Positions 18,281 to 27,334 are shown, counted from the stretch's first letter. The stretch is DNA of 27,791 bases from an uncultured Fibrobacterales bacterium (GCA_963934255.1 CAWVXU010000031.1:1-27791); one strand, 5' to 3'. Notes: generated by a model not told the origin, from the letters alone. Numbers and translations: made by a program.

Positions 18281-20665
18281 TTGTTTAGATTTAAAAAATT
18301 CGTTCTCGTGCTAATTGTACTCGCAGGTCACGGGTTTTCAGAATCCAACAATAGTGCATGGGAGATTGGCCAAGACTTTTGGGGAAACCCAGCATCTCAA
18401 GCCGCACAACGTGGTCCTTTTTATGGAATAGAAACTTCTATACCGGGCTATCAAGAACAATATTTTGCCGCCGTTAGTCAAGATGAAGAATTAGGTATTG
18501 GTTTTCAGTATTTAAACGATCCTCTAACTAAAAAGCACCAAACTCTTTATTCCTTAGCATGGAGTGAACAAATTATCCCTCAAATAACCATTGGATTAAA
18601 AGGGAATTACCTAAATGGAAGTTTGAGCAACCGTTCAAATATATTTTGGGATTGGGGCGTAAGGTGGCGACCACTTCATTTTGTTTCTCTTGGGCTTGAT
18701 CAAAAGGCATTTAGTTCTTGGAAGGGTCAAGCACCAAAAAAAACCAATTATGGTATTCAAATTCAGATTTGGAAAGACTACCTTCAAGGTGGAGTTTCTT
18801 GGAATAGGTCTGGTTTAGAGGTTCCTTTTTGGGGAAATAAATCCCAATCTAGTTTTGACTTAGATTCAGCTGAATTAAACCTGAGTACAAATCTATCTTA
18901 CTTCGAACTCGGTATCTCCGCTCCGATGACCGATATTAAAGGGGGAAACACACTTGCATATCAGCTAAAAATTAAATCACCACAAACTTTCACAGGCTGG
19001 TCAACTAAAAAAAGTAATGGTGCTCAGACTTTATCATTCGGTTTTAGTGATTATCAAGACCCACATTTACAAGACTATGCAAATAAAGCCATTCTCAAGT
19101 TTAATTTCCCAATCACTGACAGCCCCAATGTGTTTAGTCTTCTAGGCAGTGGCTCGAGCGTTACTATTGACCAAGTTTTAGCACAATTAAAGGAGGTGGA
19201 AGAGCATCCTTTAATCAATGAAGTATATTTAAAATTTAATGGAATGACTGCTAATTGGGCAAACCTTAGAGAAATTAGAAAAGCCCTGATTAAGATTCAA
19301 AAAAGTGGTAAAGAGGTTAATGCGTTCTTAGTTGATGGTCAATTTAAATCATATTATTTGGCTTCAATGGCAAACAAGGTCATTTTACATCCAGCAAGTT
19401 ATTTGAAAATACTTGGTTTTAGTTCTGAAGTCACTCTTTACAAAGGTTTCTTTGACACACTTGGTGTTCAAGCCCAATTTATCAGGCATGGCAAATTTAA
19501 ATCTGCCGTTGAGCCTTATACACGAAAGACCCTATCAGAAGAAGCTCGCGCTGATATTTCAAGTATTCAACAAGGTCTTTGGAAAACACTTTCAAAAGAT
19601 ATTCGAATCAGTCGTAGAATTGACTCTCTTACATTTGAAAAACATGTGAATCAAGTTCATTTAACTCAGTCCTCAGCCTTGGAAAGGAATCTAATTGATA
19701 CTGTTATGTACTTTGATGAACTTTTTGATGATGTGCGCTTTGGTATGTCTCACGCCATTGATTTCTATGTGCCACCCGTGAAGAACCCTACGTTTTATAA
19801 TACAGAATATATTGCCGTAGTTTATGCTGAAGGAAGTATTATCCAAGGCTCTTCTGGAGCGAACAATCTGAATGGAGCTAAGCATATTGGTCATAGTACG
19901 ATCGAAAGACAACTCGCACATTTGGCTCAAGATGATCAAGTCAAAGGTGTCATACTTCGAGTAAATTCTCCAGGTGGCTCTGCTTGGGCATCTGATGCAA
20001 TGCATCACGCTGTTGAAAATTTTAAAGAATCGGGGAAACCAATTGTCACGAGCGTGGGCGGAGTGGCAGCCAGTGGTGGATACTATTTGATTTGTGGAAC
20101 ACAGTATATTTTCACTGAAAAAACATCCATCCTGGGTTCTATTGGGATTTACGGTGGCAAATTTGTCCTTGATGGTTTGAAGAAAAAATTTGGTATCAAT
20201 ACTGAGACTGTGAAATCTCATCAATCTGCAGACTCTGAGGGGTCCAGCCGGCTTTGGACAGATCAAGAAGTAAATGAAATCCAAATACGACTTGATGAAT
20301 TTTATGGGGATTTTGTTAAAAAAGTTGCCGCAGGCAGAGGTCTCGATTCCATTACTGTTGATAGTTTGGGCCAAGGTCGAGTATTTACCGGAGATCAGGC
20401 TCTCCTTCACGGTCTAGCCGATGAAGAAGGCGGACTCAATGATGCAATTAATTATATGAAAAAACAGATTCGGATAAATTCAAACTCAACTTTGAGGGTG
20501 ATTAATTACACAGCCAACGATAAAAATTGGCTGAACAACAATATTCCTTTCTTTTTATCAACAAGTAAAATTGAATCTCAAAGGCAACTTTATATAGATT
20601 TATCTACGACATTATTAAACAGTCATTATTGGGCTTTTTCACCTTGGTTAAGTGGAGTTAATTAA
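18281..20665 (+). CDS. sppA: Signal peptide peptidase SppA (tandem S49) with an extra ~250-aa N-terminal region
   Basis: YYLASMA, RHGKFKSAVEP (catalytic Lys), LRVNSPGGSAWAS (catalytic Ser), AASGGYY, GSIGI, GRVFTG. TTG start. Confidence 0.9.
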   Translation: MFRFKKFVLVLIVLAGHGFSESNNSAWEIGQDFWGNPASQAAQRGPFYGIETSIPGYQEQYFAAVSQDEELGIGFQYLNDPLTKKHQTLYSLAWSEQIIPQITIGLKGNYLNGSLSNRSNIFWDWGVRWRPLHFVSLGLDQKAFSSWKGQAPKKTNYGIQIQIWKDYLQGGVSWNRSGLEVPFWGNKSQSSFDLDSAELNLSTNLSYFELGISAPMTDIKGGNTLAYQLKIKSPQTFTGWSTKKSNGAQTLSFGFSDYQDPHLQDYANKAILKFNFPITDSPNVFSLLGSGSSVTIDQVLAQLKEVEEHPLINEVYLKFNGMTANWANLREIRKALIKIQKSGKEVNAFLVDGQFKSYYLASMANKVILHPASYLKILGFSSEVTLYKGFFDTLGVQAQFIRHGKFKSAVEPYTRKTLSEEARADISSIQQGLWKTLSKDIRISRRIDSLTFEKHVNQVHLTQSSALERNLIDTVMYFDELFDDVRFGMSHAIDFYVPPVKNPTFYNTEYIAVVYAEGSIIQGSSGANNLNGAKHIGHSTIERQLAHLAQDDQVKGVILRVNSPGGSAWASDAMHHAVENFKESGKPIVTSVGGVAASGGYYLICGTQYIFTEKTSILGSIGIYGGKFVLDGLKKKFGINTETVKSHQSADSEGSSRLWTDQEVNEIQIRLDEFYGDFVKKVAAGRGLDSITVDSLGQGRVFTGDQALLHGLADEEGGLNDAINYMKKQIRINSNSTLRVINYTANDKNWLNNNIPFFLSTSKIESQRQLYIDLSTTLLNSHYWAFSPWLSGVN

Positions 20666-20674
20666 ATTTAAAAC

Positions 20675-21754
20675 ATGGATCACAACACCTTAATTATTCA
20701 GCTCTGTATCTCTGTAGGCCTTGCGGTAGGTACTTCATTCTTTTGCTCTATTTCAGAAGCAGCCTTTTATTCGATACCCATGGGGTATGTTGAAAAACTC
20801 AAAAATGAGGGACATAAAAGTGGTCTTTATCTAAGTAAAATCCGTGATGAGATGCAAGATTATATCGCCTCTATTTTAATACTTAACACTCTCGCAAATA
20901 CCTATGGTGTTTATAAAGCGGGCTCAGTTTCCTTAGAATTATTTAAAGACCATCAAACTTTTCTTTCATTCTTTCCGTTGATCATGACGGCCTTAATTTT
21001 GGTCTTTGCTGAACTTATACCCAAAACTCTTGGAGTGCATTATAATCGTAAAATGGCTCCATTTTTGGCGTATCCATTTTTTGTTATTACCCAAGTATTT
21101 AGATTAGTCGGACTGATTTGGCTTGCAAGAGCAGTCACCTCAATTTTCACAAAAAAAGATGATAGTTTAGCGGAATACTCAGCTGCCGAACTCTCATCAA
21201 TCGCGAATTTATCAGCAGAAGAAGGTTCTATTGATTGTCGTCAAAGAAATGTAATTCAACACATCTTAGAGCTTGATACTCATAGTGTAAGAAAGGTGAT
21301 GACTCCACGTACAATAGTTAAATCTCTTAATTGTAATCATACTATTGAAAGCGTTCTTCATTCTACAGAAGAGCTCCCCTACTCTAGGATTCCAGTTTTT
21401 GAAAGTGAACGAGAGAATATTATCGGTATAGTTTTGTTACAAGATATTTATAAGGCATTTGCGGAAGGCAAAGGTGCTGTCGACATAAAAGAACTTATTC
21501 GACCTGTTGAGTTTATTCCTGAATCAATGAGACTAGATACACTATTAACAAAATTTCTTACCCAACGAACTCATGTTAAGATCGTTGTTGATGAATACGG
21601 CGGAATAGCTGGCTTAGTCAGTTTAGAAGATTTACTTGAAGAGGTTATTGGTGAAGATATTATTGATGAAACAGACCAGGATGTAAACTTACGAGAAAAA
21701 GCTCGGGATGATTCACATAATTTACAGAAATTAAAACAAAAAGAGACAGAATGA
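20675..21754 (+). CDS. CNNM/DUF21 + CBS-pair membrane protein (hemolysin/CorB-like)
   Basis: FFCSISEAA, ILILNTLAN, FAELIPKTLG, VMTPR, YSRIPV, VVDEYGG..GLVSLEDLLEEVIG. Confidence 0.93.
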   Translation: MDHNTLIIQLCISVGLAVGTSFFCSISEAAFYSIPMGYVEKLKNEGHKSGLYLSKIRDEMQDYIASILILNTLANTYGVYKAGSVSLELFKDHQTFLSFFPLIMTALILVFAELIPKTLGVHYNRKMAPFLAYPFFVITQVFRLVGLIWLARAVTSIFTKKDDSLAEYSAAELSSIANLSAEEGSIDCRQRNVIQHILELDTHSVRKVMTPRTIVKSLNCNHTIESVLHSTEELPYSRIPVFESERENIIGIVLLQDIYKAFAEGKGAVDIKELIRPVEFIPESMRLDTLLTKFLTQRTHVKIVVDEYGGIAGLVSLEDLLEEVIGEDIIDETDQDVNLREKARDDSHNLQKLKQKETE

Positions 21755-21900
21755 AATTTGAATACAAATATTACGTCAGTGTTTTTGTTTTAGCACTGCT
21801 CATCGGTATCATCAATAATATTCGATTAGAGAATTCACTTGAGTGGTTTGGATCTCCAAAAATACTTGAGAAGCCACCTGAGCTGAAAGAGAGTAAATAA
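21751..21900 (+). CDS. Small single-TM protein, 49 aa (MKFEYKYYVSVFVLALLIGIINNIRLENSLEWFGSPKILEKPPELKESK)
   Basis: Below the ORF-track cutoff. It fills the gap exactly, with an ATGA overlap to the upstream gene and a TAATG overlap to the downstream gene, and has one hydrophobic helix. Confidence 0.8.
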   Translation: MKFEYKYYVSVFVLALLIGIINNIRLENSLEWFGSPKILEKPPELKESK

Positions 21901-22574
21901 TGAATAAATATATATCTTATTTGCTTTGGCTTTTATGCCTGACTCTTGTTGCTGCATCAATTTGTGAAATGTCATATGGGTTTATGGATCCAGAAGGTGC
22001 ATTAACATATCTAACAATCCAGCGCCTCAATTGGGAATACTATGAATATGATTGGATGGTAGCTCTTTTGGAAATATTTATATCAGCTGCTCTCATGTCA
22101 ACCTCAATCAAGATTAACCCATCTCAATCAAAAATTTTTTTTGAACTTTGTTTTCGTCTAGGATTAGGCGCCATGTTTATCATCGCCTCATGGCACAAAA
22201 TAACTCAGCCTGAGGACTTTTCTAATTTAATTGCACAATATCAATTCTTACCCAGCTTTGCTGTCAACTTATTTACTTTAATACTTGCTCCAGCAGAATT
22301 AATCATAGGTGTCTTGGTAATTGTTGGCCCATACAATAAATGGAATATGCGCATTTTAGCAATCATGATGATTATGTTTATTGTGGCAATCGGACAGGCA
22401 CTTATAAGAGATTTAGGAATTACTTGTGGATGCTTTGCGCTTGAAGGTGCTCAAGATAAAAAGGGTGCTTATGTCACCTTGGTTCGAGATGTTATTTTAT
22501 TAGGGCCAATTTTTTGGTCTATGGGCAATAGTAAATCAAATGATTTTATTTGGAATATATTCAAACGTAAATGA
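21900..22574 (+). CDS. MauE/DoxX-family membrane protein with an N-terminal extension
   Basis: RLGLGAMFIIASWHKITQPEDFSNLIAQYQFLP, ELIIG, RDLGITCGCF, LVRDVILL. Confidence 0.88.
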   Translation: MNKYISYLLWLLCLTLVAASICEMSYGFMDPEGALTYLTIQRLNWEYYEYDWMVALLEIFISAALMSTSIKINPSQSKIFFELCFRLGLGAMFIIASWHKITQPEDFSNLIAQYQFLPSFAVNLFTLILAPAELIIGVLVIVGPYNKWNMRILAIMMIMFIVAIGQALIRDLGITCGCFALEGAQDKKGAYVTLVRDVILLGPIFWSMGNSKSNDFIWNIFKRK

Positions 22575-22597
22575 ATTGAATATTTGATTTAAAATTC

Positions 22598-22632
22598 AAA
22601 ATGCCCTTTTCAACTTGAAGAGGGCATTTTTA
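22598..22632. terminator. Bidirectional intrinsic terminator
   Basis: AAAATGCCCTTTTCAA-C-TTGAAGAGGGCATTTTT hairpin between convergent MauE-family gene and trpA. Confidence 0.85.
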
Positions 22633-22641
22633 TTGACTGTA

Positions 22642-23415
22642 TTATCTTAATGATTGAAGTAAGTGTACTACTCCACTTTGGCCGTTAACTTCATATTCTT
22701 TTAGTACTGCTGTTCCAATAACAGCCAAGGAAACCTTACCTCTTAACATTTCTATATGCTCCGGTTTACTAATACCAAAGCCAATTCCAATTGGCATTTT
22801 AAATGCTTCTTGGAGATGATCAAAATACTCAACATTTAGATCTTCAAAAGTGGTTTCTCGTCCAGTGACACCTTTACGCGCAACAGCATAAACAAAAGAA
22901 GTTTCGTTTTTAACAGATGCAGAAATTTCTTTGAGGCGTTCAAGAGAATTTGTAGGAGCAACTAGAGGAATCCAACTGAGATTATATTTAACTGCCATTT
23001 CTTGAAATAGAGATGCTTCTTCAATTGGTAGATCAGGGATAATCATACCACTAGCGCCGGCTTGACTTAATAATTGACAAAAATTCTCTTCGCCTGCTTT
23101 AAAAGCTGTATTATAATATGCAACCACAACAACCTTGAATGAATACTTATCCGTAATTTCTTTCATTATTTCAAAACATTGAGAAATGGTCGTTCCTTGG
23201 TCAATAGCCGTTTGATTAGCCTTTGCAAACAAAGGCCCGTCAGCTATGGGTTCAGAAAATGGGAATTGTAACTCTACAACATCAACCCCCGCCATTTCAA
23301 AGCCTTCAAGTATATCCCAATTGGCTTCTATATTTGGATAACCCACAATGATGTGAGTCATGAGCGCGATCCCCTTCTCTCTTTGAGCCGTCTTTACTAC
23401 TTGAGCTAGAGACAT
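22642..23415 (-). CDS. trpA: Tryptophan synthase alpha subunit (divergent LMTH..GYP type)
   Basis: VELQFPFSEPIADGP, IPDLP, VAPT, GVTG, GFGI; adjacent to trpB. Confidence 0.95.
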   Translation of the reverse strand: MSLAQVVKTAQREKGIALMTHIIVGYPNIEANWDILEGFEMAGVDVVELQFPFSEPIADGPLFAKANQTAIDQGTTISQCFEIMKEITDKYSFKVVVVAYYNTAFKAGEENFCQLLSQAGASGMIIPDLPIEEASLFQEMAVKYNLSWIPLVAPTNSLERLKEISASVKNETSFVYAVARKGVTGRETTFEDLNVEYFDHLQEAFKMPIGIGFGISKPEHIEMLRGKVSLAVIGTAVLKEYEVNGQSGVVHLLQSLR

Positions 23416-24665
23416 TATTTACCTCCGGAATATTGAAGATGTTTAGAAGCAATAAACTCCTCCCACTTTGGGTCTTTAATTGCATCTGCAATTGTAAATA
23501 TATCCTTGTCACCGCGTCCAGATTGATTGATCAAAATAACTCCGTCCTTTGGCATTGTTGGGGCTTCTTTAACTGCTTGTACAAAAGCATGCGTTGATTC
23601 TAGTGCCGGTATAAGACCCTCCTTAGACATCACAAGTTGAAGTATTTCCACTACTTCTGTGTCTAAAGCTACTTCAAACCTCACACGTCGAGTATCATTT
23701 AGATGAGCCAAGATTGGAGAAACACCAACATAATCAAGGCCGGCGGCACATGAGGTAGTATCTTGCATTTGTCCATCATCATTTTGTAAAAACATTGTTT
23801 TGTAGCCAGTTACTCCCATTGTTGCGTTTGAACCTTTAGCCAGCCTGACTGCATGATCACCAATTTTCATTGATCGACCACCGGCTTCCACACCAACAAG
23901 TTCAACTTCTTTGTCGTCCAAAAAGCCTTGGAATATACCCATAGCATTAGAACCACCACCAACACATGCATAAACACGGTCAGGTAAACGTCCTGCTGAC
24001 TTTAAAATTTGTTCTCTTGCTTCGATACCGATAATGCTTTGAAACCAAGAAACCATCTCTGGAAATGGATGAAAACCACAGGCTGTTCCAAGTGCATAAT
24101 GAGTATGTTCAAGTGAATCAACCCAATCACGTAAACATTCGTTAATTGCATCTTTTAAAGTTTTTTGTCCGGACTCAACTGGAACAACCTTTGCGCCCAT
24201 TTTTTCCATCCAAAATACATTGGGACGTTGTCTAGCAACATCTACTGCACCCATGTATACAGTACAATCAAAACCAAATTTAGCCGCCATAGTAGCAGTA
24301 GCTACACCATGTTGGCCAGCACCTGTTTCAGCGATAACACGAGTCTTACCCATGCGTTTCATCAGTAACCCTTGACCCATCACATTGTTTGCTTTATGCG
24401 CTCCGGTATGATTTAAGTCTTCTCTTTTAACATAAATTTTGGCTCCACCCAAATGTTCAGATAAGTTTTTCAAATAAGTCACTGGAGTCGGACGACCAGA
24501 ATATTCTTGCATTAATTCAAGATATTCTTGCCAAAAAGAGGGGTCGCTTTTGGCTGCACGAAATTCCTTCGTTAGTTCACTTACTGTAGTATGCAATATC
24601 TCAGGTACAAAGGTACCTCCGTAAGGGCCGTAGTAGCCTTCGTTTTCAAAGTCAAAAAGATCCAT
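23415..24665 (-). CDS. trpB: Tryptophan synthase beta subunit
   Basis: KREDLNHTGAHKANN (PLP Lys), IAETGAGQHGVATA, CVGGGSNA, AGLDY, PALESTHA, SGRGDKD. Confidence 0.97.
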   Translation of the reverse strand: MDLFDFENEGYYGPYGGTFVPEILHTTVSELTKEFRAAKSDPSFWQEYLELMQEYSGRPTPVTYLKNLSEHLGGAKIYVKREDLNHTGAHKANNVMGQGLLMKRMGKTRVIAETGAGQHGVATATMAAKFGFDCTVYMGAVDVARQRPNVFWMEKMGAKVVPVESGQKTLKDAINECLRDWVDSLEHTHYALGTACGFHPFPEMVSWFQSIIGIEAREQILKSAGRLPDRVYACVGGGSNAMGIFQGFLDDKEVELVGVEAGGRSMKIGDHAVRLAKGSNATMGVTGYKTMFLQNDDGQMQDTTSCAAGLDYVGVSPILAHLNDTRRVRFEVALDTEVVEILQLVMSKEGLIPALESTHAFVQAVKEAPTMPKDGVILINQSGRGDKDIFTIADAIKDPKWEEFIASKHLQYSGGK

Positions 24666-24720
24666 ATTATATGCCTTATATTGTACTTATTTAAATTGGT
24701 TATTATCCATGTTGGTTTAA

Positions 24721-25344
24721 TTACTTGATAATTTTAAAATTGAACCGAGTCGTTTGGTCTTGAATAGTTACTGATAAATTTAGGTTGTTTGTGAGAAGTA
24801 AACTTTTCCAGGATTGCTCAAAAAGACTACCCTTGATTTTTTCAAAAGGATTTGACGATAAACTACCAATCTCAATTTGTAACCCTTGATTGACAATTAT
24901 TTTAACACAACTATATTCACAGGTCATGATTGTTTTAGAGAAACCAAGTGCAATAGCTGATAGATATGCTCGAGTGGATTCAATTGAACTCGATGAATTT
25001 GCTAAATCAACTGTGACTTCACTTGCTGCCCATATAAACGAGATATCTTGAAAAACTTGAGCAAACTCATTCCAATTAATCGGATAAGAGTTCCCTTCGT
25101 CAAAGAATTGTGCACTCTGTTGATGAACTCGACTCATGGCCTGAGTTGTGTTAAACAATTGATCAGAATACAATTCTAAACGTTCTTGAGCAAGAGGTAA
25201 GTCTCTCAGCATTTCCAACTTTTCAAGAATCTGAGTGTATTGAGAATGAAAGTAGTTCATCAAAGAAAGCTGACAAGACTGGAAATAGAAAAAACCATAG
25301 TTATTCTCCCAACTCTGTCTCAACTCATTTTTCTTGAAAAACAT
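24721..25344 (-). CDS. Hypothetical protein, possibly a degenerate DHp + HATPase-like (pseudokinase/phosphotransferase) fold
   Basis: Real ORF by TAATG coupling. Helical N-terminal half with His33; C-terminal LSVTIQDQTTRFNFKI resembles the final hairpin of HATPase_c. Function is inference only. Confidence 0.5.
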   Translation of the reverse strand: MFFKKNELRQSWENNYGFFYFQSCQLSLMNYFHSQYTQILEKLEMLRDLPLAQERLELYSDQLFNTTQAMSRVHQQSAQFFDEGNSYPINWNEFAQVFQDISFIWAASEVTVDLANSSSSIESTRAYLSAIALGFSKTIMTCEYSCVKIIVNQGLQIEIGSLSSNPFEKIKGSLFEQSWKSLLLTNNLNLSVTIQDQTTRFNFKIIK

Positions 25345-25745
25345 TAATCGCCTTCTTCAGTCTTTTTGATCTTTTCTTTTTCAAAAAGTTTCTTCAATGG
25401 TTCAAGCTTAAAACGATTATTGTCATCATTGGTGTCTACATTGTCAATATTAAATGAAATTAGTTCAATATCAACTGCATTATTTACCACTTTGACAAAA
25501 TCAGAAGTAGTAACGCCCTCAATACCGAAGTCAATGATAACGGTATCAAAGTTATCTTCATCAAGTGCTTCTTCAGCATCATCAATATCATCTATAGATG
25601 TAATAGTTGACCCAACTAATACTTCCTTTAAAATATCTTGCGCTATCTTTAATCGTTCAGGATTTGGTTCAACTAGTAAAACAATTCTTGGGTCTAATTT
25701 AATTTCAGCAAGCGTTGGGCTTCCATCTTCGTCTTTTTTAGCCAT
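25344..25745 (-). CDS. Atypical stand-alone receiver (CheY-like) domain protein
   Basis: IVLLVEPNPERLKIAQDILKE...AEEALDEDNFDTVIIDF matches beta1-alpha1 to beta3 of receiver domains; C-terminal half is divergent and acidic. Confidence 0.6.
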   Translation of the reverse strand: MAKKDEDGSPTLAEIKLDPRIVLLVEPNPERLKIAQDILKEVLVGSTITSIDDIDDAEEALDEDNFDTVIIDFGIEGVTTSDFVKVVNNAVDIELISFNIDNVDTNDDNNRFKLEPLKKLFEKEKIKKTEEGD

Positions 25746-25747
25746 TC

Positions 25748-27334
25748 TTAGACTCCTTTATTCTTCATCAAAGTTTCAATTTCATCAGTCGTATGTGGAA
25801 AATTTTCCGATAAATTACGACACCCATCCTTAGTCAATATCAAGTCATCCTCTATACGAATACCTATCCATTCAGAGAATAATTCTCCATTTAAATCTAT
25901 TTCAAAGTGCCCATAAATACCTGGCTCATTCGAGATCATCCAACCTTCTTGTAAGGGTAAAGAACCATATAACCTAAAAGGATCACCATCGTGTTCTTGT
26001 TCACCCATCAGATGAGAGATACCATGCGGTTTAATAACTGAATCTATATTAACAAGGCTTAATTCTTCATGATTTTGCGAGTCAACACAAGCACCACCAG
26101 CATGATAAATACGTCGAGAGCGTCCGCCTAAGTCAAAGAATTTCTCTTTCAGCTCTTGCTCAAGGAAGTTCCAACTTTTAAAAGTGAGTTCATTTAAATT
26201 AGCCCCCGGCTTTACCATGTTTTGATGATAAATTTGAGTATTTAAGACAATATCGTAAAGCAATTTTTGAAGTGGATTATAAGTTCCATTCACTGGGAAT
26301 GTTCTAGAAATATCACTGTGTTGAGTCCCTACTCTTGCACCAAAATCCATCAAAATTAAATCACCCGAAACTAAATCTTCATCGTTTTTAAGGTAATGTA
26401 ATGTGGTGGCATTTTTGCCTCCAGCTACAATAGATGGGAAAGCAAGACCAGATGTGGTTTGGTCCATCATCTTATATTCAAGAAAACGTGCTAGGTTGTG
26501 CTCGGTCTTAAATCTTGTGAGGTCTGATACAGTATTTTGAAAGGCTTCAAGCGTGACTGCTTGGGCAAGGTCAGCATCAACGACCTGCCCTTCTTCAAGG
26601 GGGAGGCGAAGCATATAATGTTCAAGTACCCAAGGGTAAATACTTACTTCTTTGTGTGTTATTTTTAAAAATTTAACTAACTCATGATATGCTTTATAAT
26701 TATGATCAGTCTTATTCACTAATTTTTCTTTAAATAAGCCCAAGTCAAATTCATCACCTTTGGATTTTGGTCTAAAGTAATATTCCTTGATATGAGCAAG
26801 ATCAAAATCATCCAGAGTCACTCGATAGTCATGATAAAATGCGAGCATCTGACGACTAGGAGGTAGTATTCTCAAAATGTATTCATTGAAGTCTAAGTTC
26901 ACTTGAATATTTGAAATACCAGTTAAAGCAGAAATTTCTTCTTTGCAAAAATTAAATTGTGAATCCTCTTTTGGAGGTAAGCCTAAAATCTCACCATCCC
27001 AAAACAAGCGTTCAGGTAATTTAGCTGGCACAAACAGAACTATTTGATCTTCTTTATTAGGATTAAGTGGGTCAAAAACCAGGCGCACACCTTTTTGGTT
27101 TAATCCAGTTAACCACAAGACGGAAGGCTCTTGAAAAATGCGCAAAGAATTCATCATCCAGACGTTTTCTTGACCAGGTTCAAGATCCACACCAAAAAAA
27201 ACACACGGTAAGCCTTCTGTTGAAAGTTCAATTAAATGTCTTTCTTGACGTGACTTTAAAATCTCAGGAAAACGTTCTTGGTATGAACCAGGAACGTAAA
27301 CTTGAGAATATTTTTTCAAGAGTTGATTATCCAT
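25748..27334 (-). CDS. pepP: Xaa-Pro aminopeptidase (M24B)
   Basis: AFPSIVAGGKNATTLHY, LMDFGA, SDISRTFPVNG, PHGISH, SNEPGIY, GIRIEDD; N-terminal FQEPSVLWLTG. Confidence 0.93.
   Translation of the reverse strand: MDNQLLKKYSQVYVPGSYQERFPEILKSRQERHLIELSTEGLPCVFFGVDLEPGQENVWMMNSLRIFQEPSVLWLTGLNQKGVRLVFDPLNPNKEDQIVLFVPAKLPERLFWDGEILGLPPKEDSQFNFCKEEISALTGISNIQVNLDFNEYILRILPPSRQMLAFYHDYRVTLDDFDLAHIKEYYFRPKSKGDEFDLGLFKEKLVNKTDHNYKAYHELVKFLKITHKEVSIYPWVLEHYMLRLPLEEGQVVDADLAQAVTLEAFQNTVSDLTRFKTEHNLARFLEYKMMDQTTSGLAFPSIVAGGKNATTLHYLKNDEDLVSGDLILMDFGARVGTQHSDISRTFPVNGTYNPLQKLLYDIVLNTQIYHQNMVKPGANLNELTFKSWNFLEQELKEKFFDLGGRSRRIYHAGGACVDSQNHEELSLVNIDSVIKPHGISHLMGEQEHDGDPFRLYGSLPLQEGWMISNEPGIYGHFEIDLNGELFSEWIGIRIEDDLILTKDGCRNLSENFPHTTDEIETLMKNKGV

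Noticed and set aside
19691..20410. 239-aa minus-strand ORF
   Set aside because: Fully antisense to the conserved SppA catalytic domain, with no recognisable motifs.
24666..24720. trp attenuator or T-box upstream of trpB
   Set aside because: Only 55 bp; no Trp-codon leader peptide or terminator hairpin.
25366..25833. 155-aa Ser-rich plus-strand ORF
   Set aside because: Antisense of the acidic receiver-like gene; the Ser richness is expected from complementary Asp/Glu codons.
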